Of a stretch of DNA of 64,000 bases, positions 44,703 to 54,392 are shown piece after piece. Made by a program: the position numbers and the translations under genes. Origin of the DNA: a bacterium (GTDB lineage Bacteria > UBA8248); the NCBI GenBank assembly GCA_965199855.1, contig OZ241326.1:2279682-2343681 (forward strand). Reading direction: 5' to 3'. Under the pieces are notes generated by a model. It was not told where the DNA came from. It worked only from the letters and a program-made list of their open reading frames with translations, and made no database searches. Within the stretch, counting starts at the first letter, position 1; each line of letters begins with the position of its first letter.

Positions 44703-46784
44703 ATGCTGATCAAGCGCCTTTTGCTGCTGCTCCCCCTGCTGCTCGCGGCCGTTCTGCTTCAGTCCTACTTCTGGGTTCCCACGTTCTCCGATCAGACCAG
44801 GGGCGGCGACGGGCGGCTCCGCCAGTTCATCACCGGCTCCATCGGCGACGCGCAGATACTGAACCCCATCCTTCACGCCGACACGGCGAGCGGCGAGATC
44901 GTAGACAAGGTGTTCGAGGGCCTCATCGACCGGGACCGCGACCTCTCCTACCGGGGCCGGCTGGCCTCCTCCTGGCGCATCTACGAGGAGGCGTTCTTCG
45001 TCCCCCATCCCGACGGGCCGGGCGCGAAGGCCCTGGCCGCGCGCATCGCGCGGGCGCGGGACGAGGGCGGCGCCGCGTGGCTGAAAAACGTCGAAAAAAT
45101 CGAAGCGCTGCCCCCCGCCGAGGAGAAGACCTTCATCCGCGCCCCGCCCGCCAAGGGGCGGAAAAGGCCCGGGCGCATGGCCGTCCGCGTCGCCTACCCC
45201 GAGCGCGTGAAGATGACGCTCAAGAACGTGGATCAGGACCTGTTCGCCCGACTCGGAAAACTGCTGGGCGAGGGCGCAATCGCCGCCGACCCGGCTCCCT
45301 TCGTCAAGACCGCGCTTCCCGAGCGGCTGCGCCCCGCCGCCCTGCGGCGCGCGCGGCTCACGGAGCACAACCCCGTCATCGTCTTCCGGCTCAGGCGCGG
45401 CGTCCGCTTCCACGACGGCCACGAGTTCGACTCGGGCGACGTGCGCTTCACCTACGAAGCCATCATGAACCCCGCGAACCTCTCCCCCCGGACGGCGGAC
45501 TTCGAGCCCGTCAAGCGCGTGGAGACGCCCGACAGGTTCACCGTGAAGATCACCTACAAGCGCCTCTACTCCCCCGCCTTCGGCACGTGGGGGATGGGGA
45601 TGCTGCCCGAGCACCTGCTGAACCGGGAGAGGCTCGACGAGGAGGCGAGGCGCGCGGGCAGGGAGCCGAAGAATTTCAGCCTGCGCGACAGCGCGTTCAA
45701 CCGAAGCCCCGTGGGCTCAGGCCCCTTCGTCTTCCGGGAATGGCGCTCGGACGAGCTCATCCGGCTCGCGCGCAACGAGGACTACTGGGAGGGCGCGCCC
45801 GAATACGACGAATACGTCTACAGAATCCTGCCCGACCCCCTGACGCAGGAGATCGCCTTCTACGCCGGAACCGTGGATCGCTACGGAGCGGGCTCCCACC
45901 AGGTCGAGCGTCTGCGGAAAGATCCGAGATTCCAGGTGTTCTCCGGCCTGGGCTTCGGCTTCTCCTACATCGGCTACAACATGCGCCGCTGGCCGTTCGG
46001 GGACGCCCGCGTGCGCCGGGCGCTCGGCATGGCGGTGAACGCGAGGCAGATCCAGCGCTACGTGCTGAACGGCGAGGCCGAGGACATCACCGGCCCGTTC
46101 GTGAAGCAGAGCCGGCACTACAACCGCAGCGTCAAGCCCCTGCCCTACGACCCGGAAGGGGCGGCGCGGCTGCTCCGCGAGGCGGGATTCCGCAGGAAAA
46201 ACGGCATTCTGACCAAGGACGGCAGGCCCCTCGCCTTCAACCTGATGACGAACCACGGCAACGAGATCAGACGCGCCATCGGCGCCGTCGCGCAGGACGC
46301 CTGGCGGAAGATCGGCGTCAAAGCCACCTTCTCGCAGGTCGAGTGGGCCGTGTTCATCCGAAAGCACGTCAACCAGCTCGACTTCGACGCCGTCATCCTC
46401 GGCTGGAGCCTCGGCCTCGACCCGGATCTTTATCAGATATGGCATTCGAGCCAGACGGGCAAGGGGCGGCTCAACTTCGTCGGCTACGCGAACCCGAAGG
46501 CGGACGACCTCATCGTCAAGATCCGCCAGGAATACGACCTGCCGACCCAGGTTCGCTACGCGCGCGCCCTCCACCGCATCATCGCGGCGGATCAGCCCTA
46601 CACGTTCCTCTACGTCAGCAAATGGACGGCGCTGCTCGACAGGAAAATCGCCATCGCCCGGCGCCTCGCGGACGGGAAAACGCAGCCGCGCAGAATCCGC
46701 CCCACCGTCACGGGAAGCTACGCCTTCGACTTCAACAGGTGGGTGAAGTTCCCCGAAGCCCCCCGCTTCGAGAGCCGGAATTGA
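44703..46784 (+). CDS. ABC transporter substrate-binding protein, family 5 (peptide/nickel type), membrane-anchored, extended (693 aa)
   Basis: N-terminal helix LLLLLPLLLAAVLLQ. ILNPILHAD, GVRFHDGHEFDSGDVRFTYE, GSGPFVFREW and LMTNHGN motifs of OppA/DppA-like proteins. Confidence 0.8.
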   Translation: MLIKRLLLLLPLLLAAVLLQSYFWVPTFSDQTRGGDGRLRQFITGSIGDAQILNPILHADTASGEIVDKVFEGLIDRDRDLSYRGRLASSWRIYEEAFFVPHPDGPGAKALAARIARARDEGGAAWLKNVEKIEALPPAEEKTFIRAPPAKGRKRPGRMAVRVAYPERVKMTLKNVDQDLFARLGKLLGEGAIAADPAPFVKTALPERLRPAALRRARLTEHNPVIVFRLRRGVRFHDGHEFDSGDVRFTYEAIMNPANLSPRTADFEPVKRVETPDRFTVKITYKRLYSPAFGTWGMGMLPEHLLNRERLDEEARRAGREPKNFSLRDSAFNRSPVGSGPFVFREWRSDELIRLARNEDYWEGAPEYDEYVYRILPDPLTQEIAFYAGTVDRYGAGSHQVERLRKDPRFQVFSGLGFGFSYIGYNMRRWPFGDARVRRALGMAVNARQIQRYVLNGEAEDITGPFVKQSRHYNRSVKPLPYDPEGAARLLREAGFRRKNGILTKDGRPLAFNLMTNHGNEIRRAIGAVAQDAWRKIGVKATFSQVEWAVFIRKHVNQLDFDAVILGWSLGLDPDLYQIWHSSQTGKGRLNFVGYANPKADDLIVKIRQEYDLPTQVRYARALHRIIAADQPYTFLYVSKWTALLDRKIAIARRLADGKTQPRRIRPTVTGSYAFDFNRWVKFPEAPRFESRN

Positions 46785-47776
46785 TCGCCTACATCGCGCG
46801 GACGACGCTGTTCAAGCTCGCGACCCTCTTCATCATCTCGATCGTGAGCTTCCTGATCATCCATCTCGCCCCCGGCGAGCCGAGCCAGATCGACCCCCTC
46901 AACCCGCGCTTCACGAAGGAGGACCTCGCCCGCTACCGCGCCGCCTTCGACCTCGACAAGCCGCTTCCCGTCCAGTACTGGCGCTTCTACAAAAAATTCT
47001 TCACCGGCGAGCTCGCGAGCCTCAAGGACAACCAGCCCGTCTTCGGAAAGATATGGCGGCGCTTCCTCGTCAGCCTGCCCCTGTTCATCGTGGGCACCCT
47101 CATCACCTGGTGCCTCTCCTTCCCGCTCGGAATCGCGGGCGCGCTGCGCCGCTACACCTTCTTCGACCGCTCCACCACCTTCATGAGCTACCTGATGATA
47201 TCCACGCCCGGCTTCTTTCTCGCCTACGTCCTCATCATCGCGGTGGTGCAGGGCTTTCCGCTCCCCTTCACCGACTACCGCGTCCCCGGGCTCGAGGTCT
47301 CCGTCCTGGGAATCGAAACCTTCGGCCGGGGCGGCGCCTCCCCCCTTTTCCGAATCAACGACCGCATCTGGCATCTCGTGCTGCCCAGCCTCGTGGGGGC
47401 GATCGGCGGCATCGCCGTGCTCTCGCGCTACGTGCGCGGCCAGATGATGGAGGTGGTGGATTCGGACTTCATCCGCACGGCGCGCGCCAAGGGGGTCGAC
47501 GAGAACGCCGTGAACTACATGCACGCCCTCCGAAACGCGGCGCTGCCCTTCGTCACGATGTTCGGACTCATCCTGCCCGGGCTGATCGGCGGCTCGGTCA
47601 TCATCGAGAACATCTTCGCGTGGCCCGGCATGGGGCGCCTGGGCTTCGAGGCCGTGCTGGCGCGCGACTACCCCGTCATCCTGAGCCTCAACTTCATGTC
47701 CGCCATCCTGGTCGTCATCGGCACCTTCATCTCCGACGTCCTGCTCGTCGTGGTCGATCCGAGGATTCGCCTGTGA
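46781..47776 (+). CDS. ABC transporter permease (OppB/DppB-like)
   Basis: TTG 46781 overlaps the upstream stop (TTGA). 331 aa. FLIIHLAPGEP N-terminus and EAA-loop region DFIRTARAKGVDENAVNYMHALRNA. Confidence 0.8.
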   Translation: MIAYIARTTLFKLATLFIISIVSFLIIHLAPGEPSQIDPLNPRFTKEDLARYRAAFDLDKPLPVQYWRFYKKFFTGELASLKDNQPVFGKIWRRFLVSLPLFIVGTLITWCLSFPLGIAGALRRYTFFDRSTTFMSYLMISTPGFFLAYVLIIAVVQGFPLPFTDYRVPGLEVSVLGIETFGRGGASPLFRINDRIWHLVLPSLVGAIGGIAVLSRYVRGQMMEVVDSDFIRTARAKGVDENAVNYMHALRNAALPFVTMFGLILPGLIGGSVIIENIFAWPGMGRLGFEAVLARDYPVILSLNFMSAILVVIGTFISDVLLVVVDPRIRL

Positions 47777-49275
47777 GCGAAGCGGCCGAGATGCGCGAGA
47801 TGATGGAGGAGATGGGCGAGGAGCTCGCTCCCCGCCAGCGCGTCTGGCGGCACCTGCGGCGGAACCCGATGGCGATGGCGGGCGGCGCCGCGCTGCTCCT
47901 CTTCCTGGGTCTCGCGGCGCTGGGCTTCGTCAACTCGGCCCTGATGAGCGATCCTCTCTTCGACGCCAACGTCGTTCGCCTGCCGGACAAGCTCAAGGCG
48001 CCCTTCTCCGCCCCGAACGCCGGGGTCGTGCCGAAGGAGAATCTCCCGCGCCTGGGAATCTACGTGTTCGGCACCGACGACCTGGGCCGCGACGTGTTCG
48101 CCAGAATGCTGGAGGGAACCTTCATCTCGATGTCCGTGGGCTTCGTGGCCATCGGCATCGCCACCCTCCTCGGGGTGGCCATAGGCGGCGTCGCCGGCTT
48201 CTACGGGGAGCTCAAGCCCAGCGGCGCGCCCCTGTTCGGCTTCGCGGGCGCGGCGCTCGCGGGCTACGCCGTCTGGAACGAGGCGGGGTTTCTCGCGCTC
48301 CTGTTCTGCGCGGCGGGCGCGGGCGCGGGCCTGGCGATGCGCCGCGCGGGGCGCTCCCTGTTTCTCGAGGGCCTCGTCTTCGGCGCGCTCCTGGGCCTCG
48401 CGCTGGGGAGCTTCGAGCCGTTCGACTTCAGGGGCTTCGCCTCCGATTTCGGCCTGCGCGCGCGCGCTCCCGGCTGGCGGGAGGGCCTCCTCGGCGCGCT
48501 CTGCCTGCTCGCGCTCGCCTCCTTCGGCGGGGCGCAGGGGCTGAACGCGGAGGAGAGCGCGGCGGACGGCGCCTCGTCGAGCGCGGTCGCGGGCTTCGGC
48601 CTCGCGTATTTTCTCGTGTTCGCGCCGGGCCTCTACCTCGCCTATCCGGGCCGCGCGGCGCATCTGTGGACGGCGGCGGCCGGCGCGGGCGCCTGCGCCC
48701 TCCTCTATCGAAAATTCGACCTCACGGCGCGCCTGCGCCGCTTCCGCCTGCCCCGGATCGACGTCATCTACACCACGGTCGTGGACGTGCAGCTCTCCTT
48801 CCCCTCGTTTTTCGTGCTGCTCACCATCCTCGCGCTCGTGACGCCCAACATCTGGATCATCATGGTGGTCATCGGCCTCCTGGGCTGGGTCGGCCCCGCG
48901 CGCTTCGTCCGCGCCGAGGTTCTCTCGCTCCGGGAGCAGCCCTTCGTGGAGTCCGCGCGGGCGGCGGGCGGGGCGGACGCCCTCATCATCTTCCGCTACC
49001 TCATCCCCAACGCCCTGGCGCCCGTGCTGGTCTCGGCCACCATCGGCATCGCGGGCGCCATCCTCACCGAGGCGAGCCTGAGCTTCCTGGGCTTCGGCGT
49101 TCCCCCGCCCCAGGCGAGCTGGGGCAACATCTTCGCCGACGGGAAGAAATACATCTTCGACGCCCCCTGGCTCACCTTCATTCCGGGCTCGGCCATCCTC
49201 GTCGTCATGCTCGCCTTCAACCTGTTCGGCGAGGGGCTGCGCGACGCCATGAACCCCAAGGCGAACGGCCGATGA
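47773..49275 (+). CDS. ABC transporter permease (OppC/DppC-like) with a ~180-aa hydrophobic insertion
   Basis: GTG 47773 overlaps the upstream stop (GTGA). 500 aa. GTDDLGRDVFARML and GGVAGFYG, then an insert, then IDVIYTTVVDVQLSFP and EAA loop PFVESARAAGGADALIIFRYLIPNA. Confidence 0.8.
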   Translation: MSEAAEMREMMEEMGEELAPRQRVWRHLRRNPMAMAGGAALLLFLGLAALGFVNSALMSDPLFDANVVRLPDKLKAPFSAPNAGVVPKENLPRLGIYVFGTDDLGRDVFARMLEGTFISMSVGFVAIGIATLLGVAIGGVAGFYGELKPSGAPLFGFAGAALAGYAVWNEAGFLALLFCAAGAGAGLAMRRAGRSLFLEGLVFGALLGLALGSFEPFDFRGFASDFGLRARAPGWREGLLGALCLLALASFGGAQGLNAEESAADGASSSAVAGFGLAYFLVFAPGLYLAYPGRAAHLWTAAAGAGACALLYRKFDLTARLRRFRLPRIDVIYTTVVDVQLSFPSFFVLLTILALVTPNIWIIMVVIGLLGWVGPARFVRAEVLSLREQPFVESARAAGGADALIIFRYLIPNALAPVLVSATIGIAGAILTEASLSFLGFGVPPPQASWGNIFADGKKYIFDAPWLTFIPGSAILVVMLAFNLFGEGLRDAMNPKANGR

Positions 49276-49300
49276 GCGGATTCGCGCGCGCGGAGGAGCG

Positions 49301-49329
49301 TTGACAGCCGGGCGCGCGAGGGGCAATAT
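49301..49329 (+). promoter_or_regulatory. sigma70-like promoter candidate for tRNA-Leu
   Basis: TTGACA (49301-49306), 17 nt, CAATAT (49324-49329), about 45 nt upstream of the mature tRNA 5' end. Confidence 0.45.
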
Positions 49330-49377
49330 GGCCGCGCCTTCCGGCCCTCGCGTCGCCAGGACGCCCGGAGGCGGCCT

Positions 49378-49464
49378 GCCCAAGTGGTGGAACAGGTAGA
49401 CACGCTAGCTTGAGGGGCTAGTGGGGGCGACCCCGTGTCGGTTCGAGTCCGGCCTTGGGCACCA
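49378..49464 (+). tRNA. tRNA-Leu (anticodon GAG), class II with long variable arm, CCA encoded
   Basis: Hand fold: acceptor GCCCAAG/CTTGGGC; D stem GTG/CAC; anticodon stem CTAGC/GCTAG with loop TTGAGGG (GAG); variable arm GGGG-gcga-CCCC; T arm GTCGG-TTCGAGT-CCGGC; discriminator A plus CCA. Confidence 0.9.
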
Positions 49465-49587
49465 TTCCTCAATCTTCTCGCGCAATGCGACAAGCGATTC
49501 GGCCCGCGCGGAACCCGCCGGGGTCTCATCCATCACGGCATCGGGAAGCAGCGGGAGCGACGATCGGCGCGGCGCCGGGCCGCGGCC

Positions 49588-50121
49588 TCAGTCCTTCTTC
49601 GGCTCGGGCCGGGGGGCGTGGTATCGGCGGTATTCCTCGCCGAAGCAGAGACTCTCGAAGCCGCGCATCCGGTCGAGGAAGACCACGCCGTCGAGATGAT
49701 CGCATTCGTGCTGGCACACGCGGGCGGCGAAGCCCTCCAGCTCCTCCTCGTAGGCGCGCCCGCGCGCGTCGAAGGCCTCCAGGCGCACCCGCGCGGCGCG
49801 CGGCACGAGGCCGTGCAGGTCGGGAATGCTGAGGCACCCCTCCCACGCCTCGAGCGCCGCCCCGTCCAGGGGGGCGACCTTCGGGTTCGCGGCGACGCGC
49901 AGCGTCTCCTCATCCTCCGGGTCGGGCCGCATGACGAACAGCCGAAGCCCGCGATGCACCTGCGGAGCGGCGAGGCCCACGCCCTCGTATTCCGCCATGG
50001 TGCGAACCATGTCCGCCGCCAGCCCGGCGAGTCCCGCCCCGCCCAGCTCCTCCGGCGTCAGCTCGCGCGCCCGCTCGCGCAGGACGGGATGCCCCAGGCG
50101 GGCGACCTTCAGAATGGACAT
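49588..50121 (-). CDS. def: peptide deformylase
   Basis: 177 aa. GVGLAAPQV, EGCLSIPD and HECDHLDG motifs. Confidence 0.9.
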   Translation of the reverse strand: MSILKVARLGHPVLRERARELTPEELGGAGLAGLAADMVRTMAEYEGVGLAAPQVHRGLRLFVMRPDPEDEETLRVAANPKVAPLDGAALEAWEGCLSIPDLHGLVPRAARVRLEAFDARGRAYEEELEGFAARVCQHECDHLDGVVFLDRMRGFESLCFGEEYRRYHAPRPEPKKD

Positions 50122-50123
50122 CT

Positions 50124-50849
50124 CTACTCCCTCCGGCTCCGCGCCCCTCCGGGGGCGGGCAGGGCGGCGAACCAGGCGGCCAGACCGCCCGGGTCGACGG
50201 TCTCCTCCAGCGAGGCGACCACGCGGTCGGCCTCTCCGAGCTTCCCGGCCGGGTAGCTCGTCGTCACCGCGAGCGTCCTCATGCCGGCGGCGGCGCCCGA
50301 GCGCACGCCGGCGACCGAATCCTCCACCACGAGGCAGGCGTCCGCCGGAATCGCCCCGCCCCCGCTTTCGTTGATCCGCTCGAGGGCGGCCAGAAAGCTC
50401 TCCGGGTCCGGCTTGCCCCGGCTCACCATCTCCGCCGTCACGATGACGGGGAAGCAGGCGAGCAGACCCGCGCTCTCCAGCACCGGGCGCACCTCGCGCC
50501 CCAGCGCGCCGCTCGCTATGGCGAGAGGCCAGCGCGCCGCGGCCGCGCGTATCATCTCGGCCGCGCCCGGCAGAATATCGGGCGCGCGCGCGATTTCGCG
50601 GTAGCGCTCCTCCTTGCGCTCCAGGAGCTGCTCGAAGCGCTCCGGCGCGACCGCCACGCCGCGATCCTTCAGCAGGTTGGCGAACAGCAGCCTGTCGTCG
50701 AAGGCGAGGTAGCGCTCGGCGTATTCCGCCTCGGCGAGGTCGAGGTCGAGCTCCTCGGCCAGCACCGCCTGAAACGCCGCGAGATGCAGCGGCTCGCTGT
50801 CCGCGATGGTGCCGTCGAAATCGAAGATGACGGCCTCAAGCTCCGGCAT
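50124..50849 (-). CDS. HAD-IA family hydrolase (beta-phosphoglucomutase/phosphatase-like)
   Basis: 241 aa. AVIFDFDGTIADSEP (DxDG motif I), later KPDPESF and VVEDSVAGV. Confidence 0.8.
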   Translation of the reverse strand: MPELEAVIFDFDGTIADSEPLHLAAFQAVLAEELDLDLAEAEYAERYLAFDDRLLFANLLKDRGVAVAPERFEQLLERKEERYREIARAPDILPGAAEMIRAAAARWPLAIASGALGREVRPVLESAGLLACFPVIVTAEMVSRGKPDPESFLAALERINESGGGAIPADACLVVEDSVAGVRSGAAAGMRTLAVTTSYPAGKLGEADRVVASLEETVDPGGLAAWFAALPAPGGARSRRE

Positions 50850-50867
50850 CGCTCCTCCCGGGATGGC

Positions 50868-51632
50868 CTAGAGCCACCCTCCTCCGTCCTCGAAAATCCG
50901 CTCGCCCGTGAGGTAGGCCGAAGCGTCCGAGGCCAGAAAAACCGCCAGCCCCACGATGTCCTCCGGCTCGCCCACGCGCCCCAGAATCGTCTTCTCCGAC
51001 AGCCGCGCCTCGGCCGCCGGGTCCTCCAGGGCGGACGCGAGCATCGGCGTGCGATGGACGCCCGGGCAGATGCAGTTCACGCGCACGCCCCGCGCGCCCC
51101 ATTCCGCCGCGAGCGCCTTCGTGAGGCCCACGACGCCGTATTTGCTCGCGTTGTAGGCCGCGCGCGCGGGCCGGTGGCCCCGCTCGCCGAGGAAGGTGCC
51201 CACGTTCACGATGCTGCCGGCGCCGCGCCGCAGCATCCCGCGCCCCACCGCCTGGGCGCAGAGGAAAGCGCCCGTCAGGTTCACGTCGAGCACGAAGCGG
51301 AAATCCTCGGGCGATACGTCCACGCTCGCGTCCGCGTTCAGGACGCCCGCCCCGTTCACGAGAACGTCGATGCCGCCGAGCGCCTCTTCCGTCCGCGCCA
51401 CGGCGCGCGCCACCTCCTCCGCCCGGGAGACGTCCGCCCCGATGGCCAAGCTCCCGCGTCCCAGCGCCTCGACGCGGCGCGCCGTCTCCGCGACGAGACG
51501 CTCCCGCCTGCCCAGGGCGGCCACGTCCGCGCCCGCCTCGGCCAGACCCAGCGCCATGGCGGCGCCCAGCCCCGTGCCCGCGCCCGTCACGAGGGCCGCT
51601 TTTCCGTCCAGGCGAAATTTTTCGAGTATCAA
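50868..51632 (-). CDS. SDR-family oxidoreductase
   Basis: 254 aa. VTGAGTGLGAAMA, NGAG and YNASKYGV motifs. Confidence 0.85.
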   Translation of the reverse strand: MILEKFRLDGKAALVTGAGTGLGAAMALGLAEAGADVAALGRRERLVAETARRVEALGRGSLAIGADVSRAEEVARAVARTEEALGGIDVLVNGAGVLNADASVDVSPEDFRFVLDVNLTGAFLCAQAVGRGMLRRGAGSIVNVGTFLGERGHRPARAAYNASKYGVVGLTKALAAEWGARGVRVNCICPGVHRTPMLASALEDPAAEARLSEKTILGRVGEPEDIVGLAVFLASDASAYLTGERIFEDGGGWL

Positions 51633-51809
51633 GCCCGCGCTCCCCGGCGATGCGGGTCGGGCGACTCCGCATCGGCCCCGCCAAACCGCCCCAACCTAGG
51701 AGATGGGGGGCGGGGTGTCAACGCGAAGGGGCGAACGGGAGGCGGGGCGCGGCGTCCGTCCTCCGCGCCTCCCGTTGCCGGAAGGGATGATGAAGGATAA
51801 GGTGGCGGC

Positions 51810-52481
51810 ATGAGCCGCTCCCCTGCGGATGAGACGCGGAAAGCCTGCCCCCTGTGCCGCTCGCGCGAGGCCCGGCGGTGGCTCCGCGCCGACGCGCGGG
51901 AGTATTTCCACTGCCCCGTCTGCCGGCTCGTCTTCGTTCCGCCCGCCTTCTGGCCCGCGCCGGAGGAGGAGAAGGCGAGATACGAGCGGCACCGGAATTC
52001 GCCTGCGGACGCGAATTACGCCGCTTTTCTGAGGCGGCTGAGCGGCCCTCTGGCGCGAAGATCGCCCCAAGGGGCGCGGGGGCTGGACTTCGGCGCGGGG
52101 CCCGCCGCCGGGGGAGACCCCGTTCTGTGCCGAATCCTGCGGGAGGCCGGGCTCGCGCCCGCGCCCTTCGACCCCTTCTTTTTCCCGGACATGCCCGATG
52201 GCCCCTTCGACTTCATCGCGGCGAGCGAGACGTTCGAGCATTTCAGGCGCCCCGCGCGCGAGATCGCGAAAATCCATGAACTTCTCAGGCCGGGCGGGCT
52301 GCTCGGCGTCATGACGGCGTTCTGGGATGAATCCCTCTTCATCAACAACTGGCACTACCGGCGCGACTTCACCCACCTGTGCTTCTACCGGCCGGAGACT
52401 TTTCGGTGGATCGAGGAGCGCTTCGGGTTCTCGCGCCTCTGGACGGACGGCCGCCGCGTCGTCATCCTGAAGAAGCCGTAG
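51810..52481 (+). CDS. class I SAM-dependent methyltransferase with N-terminal CxxC...CxxC zinc ribbon
   Basis: 223 aa. CPLCRS-x16-CPVCRL, then motif I GLDFGAGP and LLRPGGLL. Confidence 0.7.
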   Translation: MSRSPADETRKACPLCRSREARRWLRADAREYFHCPVCRLVFVPPAFWPAPEEEKARYERHRNSPADANYAAFLRRLSGPLARRSPQGARGLDFGAGPAAGGDPVLCRILREAGLAPAPFDPFFFPDMPDGPFDFIAASETFEHFRRPAREIAKIHELLRPGGLLGVMTAFWDESLFINNWHYRRDFTHLCFYRPETFRWIEERFGFSRLWTDGRRVVILKKP

Positions 52482-52640
52482 CCGGCCATTCCCGCGCCCG
52501 CGCCTTCGTCCGCCCCCGAAGCGCGCGCCCCCCGAACGCTCCCCTCCCCGGCGCGCTTCGGCGCGGCTTGCCGCCCTCCCGTCCGGTGTGGCATCCTTTC
52601 GCGCAGGGAAGCCCTTTGATTCGCCTGAGGAGCCGCCCCC

Positions 52641-54374
52641 TTGCGCGCGCTGAAAACGGACGTTCTCATCCTCGGATCGGGCGGGGCGGGGCTTCTCGCC
52701 GCCCTCGCCGCGAGCGAGGCGAGACCGCGCCCCCAGATCACCGTGGCCGTGAAGGGTCTCTTCGGCAAAAGCGGCTGCACGCGCATGGTGCAGGGCGGCT
52801 ACAACGCGGCCCTCGCCGAGTCCGACTCGGTGGAGAAGCACTTTCTCGACACCCTGAAGGGCGGGGCGTGGATCAACGATCAGGAGCTCGCCTGGACGCT
52901 CGTGAGCCGCGCGCCCGGCTGCGTGGAGCGGCTCGAGACGGTGTGCGGCTGCTTCTTCGACAGAAACGAGGACGGCGCGATTCACCAGAAGGCGTTCGCC
53001 GGCCAGAGCTTCGACAGAACGGTTCACAAGGGCGACCTCACGGGCATCGAGATCACCAACCGCGTGGCGGAGCAGCTCGCGCGCCGCGAGGTGGAGACGC
53101 TCGAGGAAACGCGGGCGGTGGCGCTCCTGCCCGCCAGGAAGGAGCCCGAGCGCGTCGCGGGCGCCCTGCTGCTCGACGTCCGCAGCGGCGCGTTCATCGC
53201 CGTCAACGCGAAATGCGTCCTCCTCGCCACGGGCGGCGGCCCCACGCTCTACAAAATCTCCGCCTGCGCGCAGGAGCTCGCCACGGACGGCATGGCGATG
53301 GCCTGGGAAGTGGGCGCCTCCTTCCGCGACATGGAGATGGTGCAGTTCCACCCGACGGGCATCCTGACGGGGGACGGCCTCCAGATCACGGGCACGCTGC
53401 TCGAGGAGGGCCTGCGCGGGGCGGGGGGGCATCTGAAGAACGCGGACGGCGAGCGCTACATGGCGCGCTACGACCCCGGGCACATGGAGCGCGCCACGCG
53501 CGACGTGGTCGCCCGCGCGGGCTACACCGAGATCATCGAGGGCCGGGGCACGGAGCGCGGCGGGGTGTTCATCGACGTGAGCCACCTGGGGCGCGCCTTC
53601 GTTCGCGGGAACTTCAAGGGCATGGTCGATCGCTGCGCCGACCTGGGGTATGACCTCGCGGGCGGCCCCGTGGAGGTGACGCCCACCGCGCACTACATGA
53701 TGGGCGGGGTGGAGATCGACTCCTCGTGCCGCGCGAACCTCGCCGGCCTCTACGCCGCCGGCGAGGACGCGGGGGGCGCGCACGGCGCGAACCGCCTGGG
53801 CGGAAACGGGGTGGCCAACGCCACGGTGTTCGGCGAGATAGCGGGCGAGGCGATGGCGGAGGAGGCGGCGGAATCCCCCCTCATGCCCCTGGACCCGGAA
53901 AAAATCGCCGAGGCGGAGGCGAAAGCCCTGGACGCGCTGGGCGAGGGCGAATCCCCCTACCCCGTCCGGGCGGCGCTCAAGGAGACGATGTGGCGAAAGG
54001 CGGGGCTGCGAAGAAGCGGCCGGGACCTCGAAAGCGGCCTCGGGGAGATTCTCGCGCTGCAGGAGCGCGCGGCCTCCGTCCGCGCGGGCGGCGCGCGCGC
54101 CTACAACCTCGCCTGGCAGAACGCGATTGACGTGAGGAACCAGCTGTGCGCGGCGGAGCTCATCGCGCGCTCCGCCCTCGAGCGCGACGAGAGCCGGGGC
54201 AGCCACTACCGGGACGACCACCCCGGGCCGGGGAGCGGGAGCCTCTACAACGTATTCATCAGGCGCGAAGGCGGGGGCGCGGCCATCGAGCGAAGGCCCG
54301 TCTCGTTCACCCGCCTGGAGCCAGAGGCGGCTCCGGCCGCCCAGGGCGCGCCCGAGCCCAACTTCATCGACTGA
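52641..54374 (+). CDS. sdhA: succinate dehydrogenase / fumarate reductase flavoprotein subunit
   Basis: TTG start; 577 aa. VLILGSGGAGLLAAL (FAD dinucleotide fold), VQFHPTG, RLGGNGVANA and SRGSHYR motifs. Confidence 0.85.
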   Translation: MRALKTDVLILGSGGAGLLAALAASEARPRPQITVAVKGLFGKSGCTRMVQGGYNAALAESDSVEKHFLDTLKGGAWINDQELAWTLVSRAPGCVERLETVCGCFFDRNEDGAIHQKAFAGQSFDRTVHKGDLTGIEITNRVAEQLARREVETLEETRAVALLPARKEPERVAGALLLDVRSGAFIAVNAKCVLLATGGGPTLYKISACAQELATDGMAMAWEVGASFRDMEMVQFHPTGILTGDGLQITGTLLEEGLRGAGGHLKNADGERYMARYDPGHMERATRDVVARAGYTEIIEGRGTERGGVFIDVSHLGRAFVRGNFKGMVDRCADLGYDLAGGPVEVTPTAHYMMGGVEIDSSCRANLAGLYAAGEDAGGAHGANRLGGNGVANATVFGEIAGEAMAEEAAESPLMPLDPEKIAEAEAKALDALGEGESPYPVRAALKETMWRKAGLRRSGRDLESGLGEILALQERAASVRAGGARAYNLAWQNAIDVRNQLCAAELIARSALERDESRGSHYRDDHPGPGSGSLYNVFIRREGGGAAIERRPVSFTRLEPEAAPAAQGAPEPNFID

Positions 54375-54392
54375 CGCCGGAGCGGAGCCGGA

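Noticed and set aside
49378-49587. tRNA-Leu as a possible integration hotspot for a genomic island
   Set aside because: Downstream DNA is GC-rich and goes straight into def in normal context. No integrase and no direct repeat of the tRNA 3' end is visible in the window.
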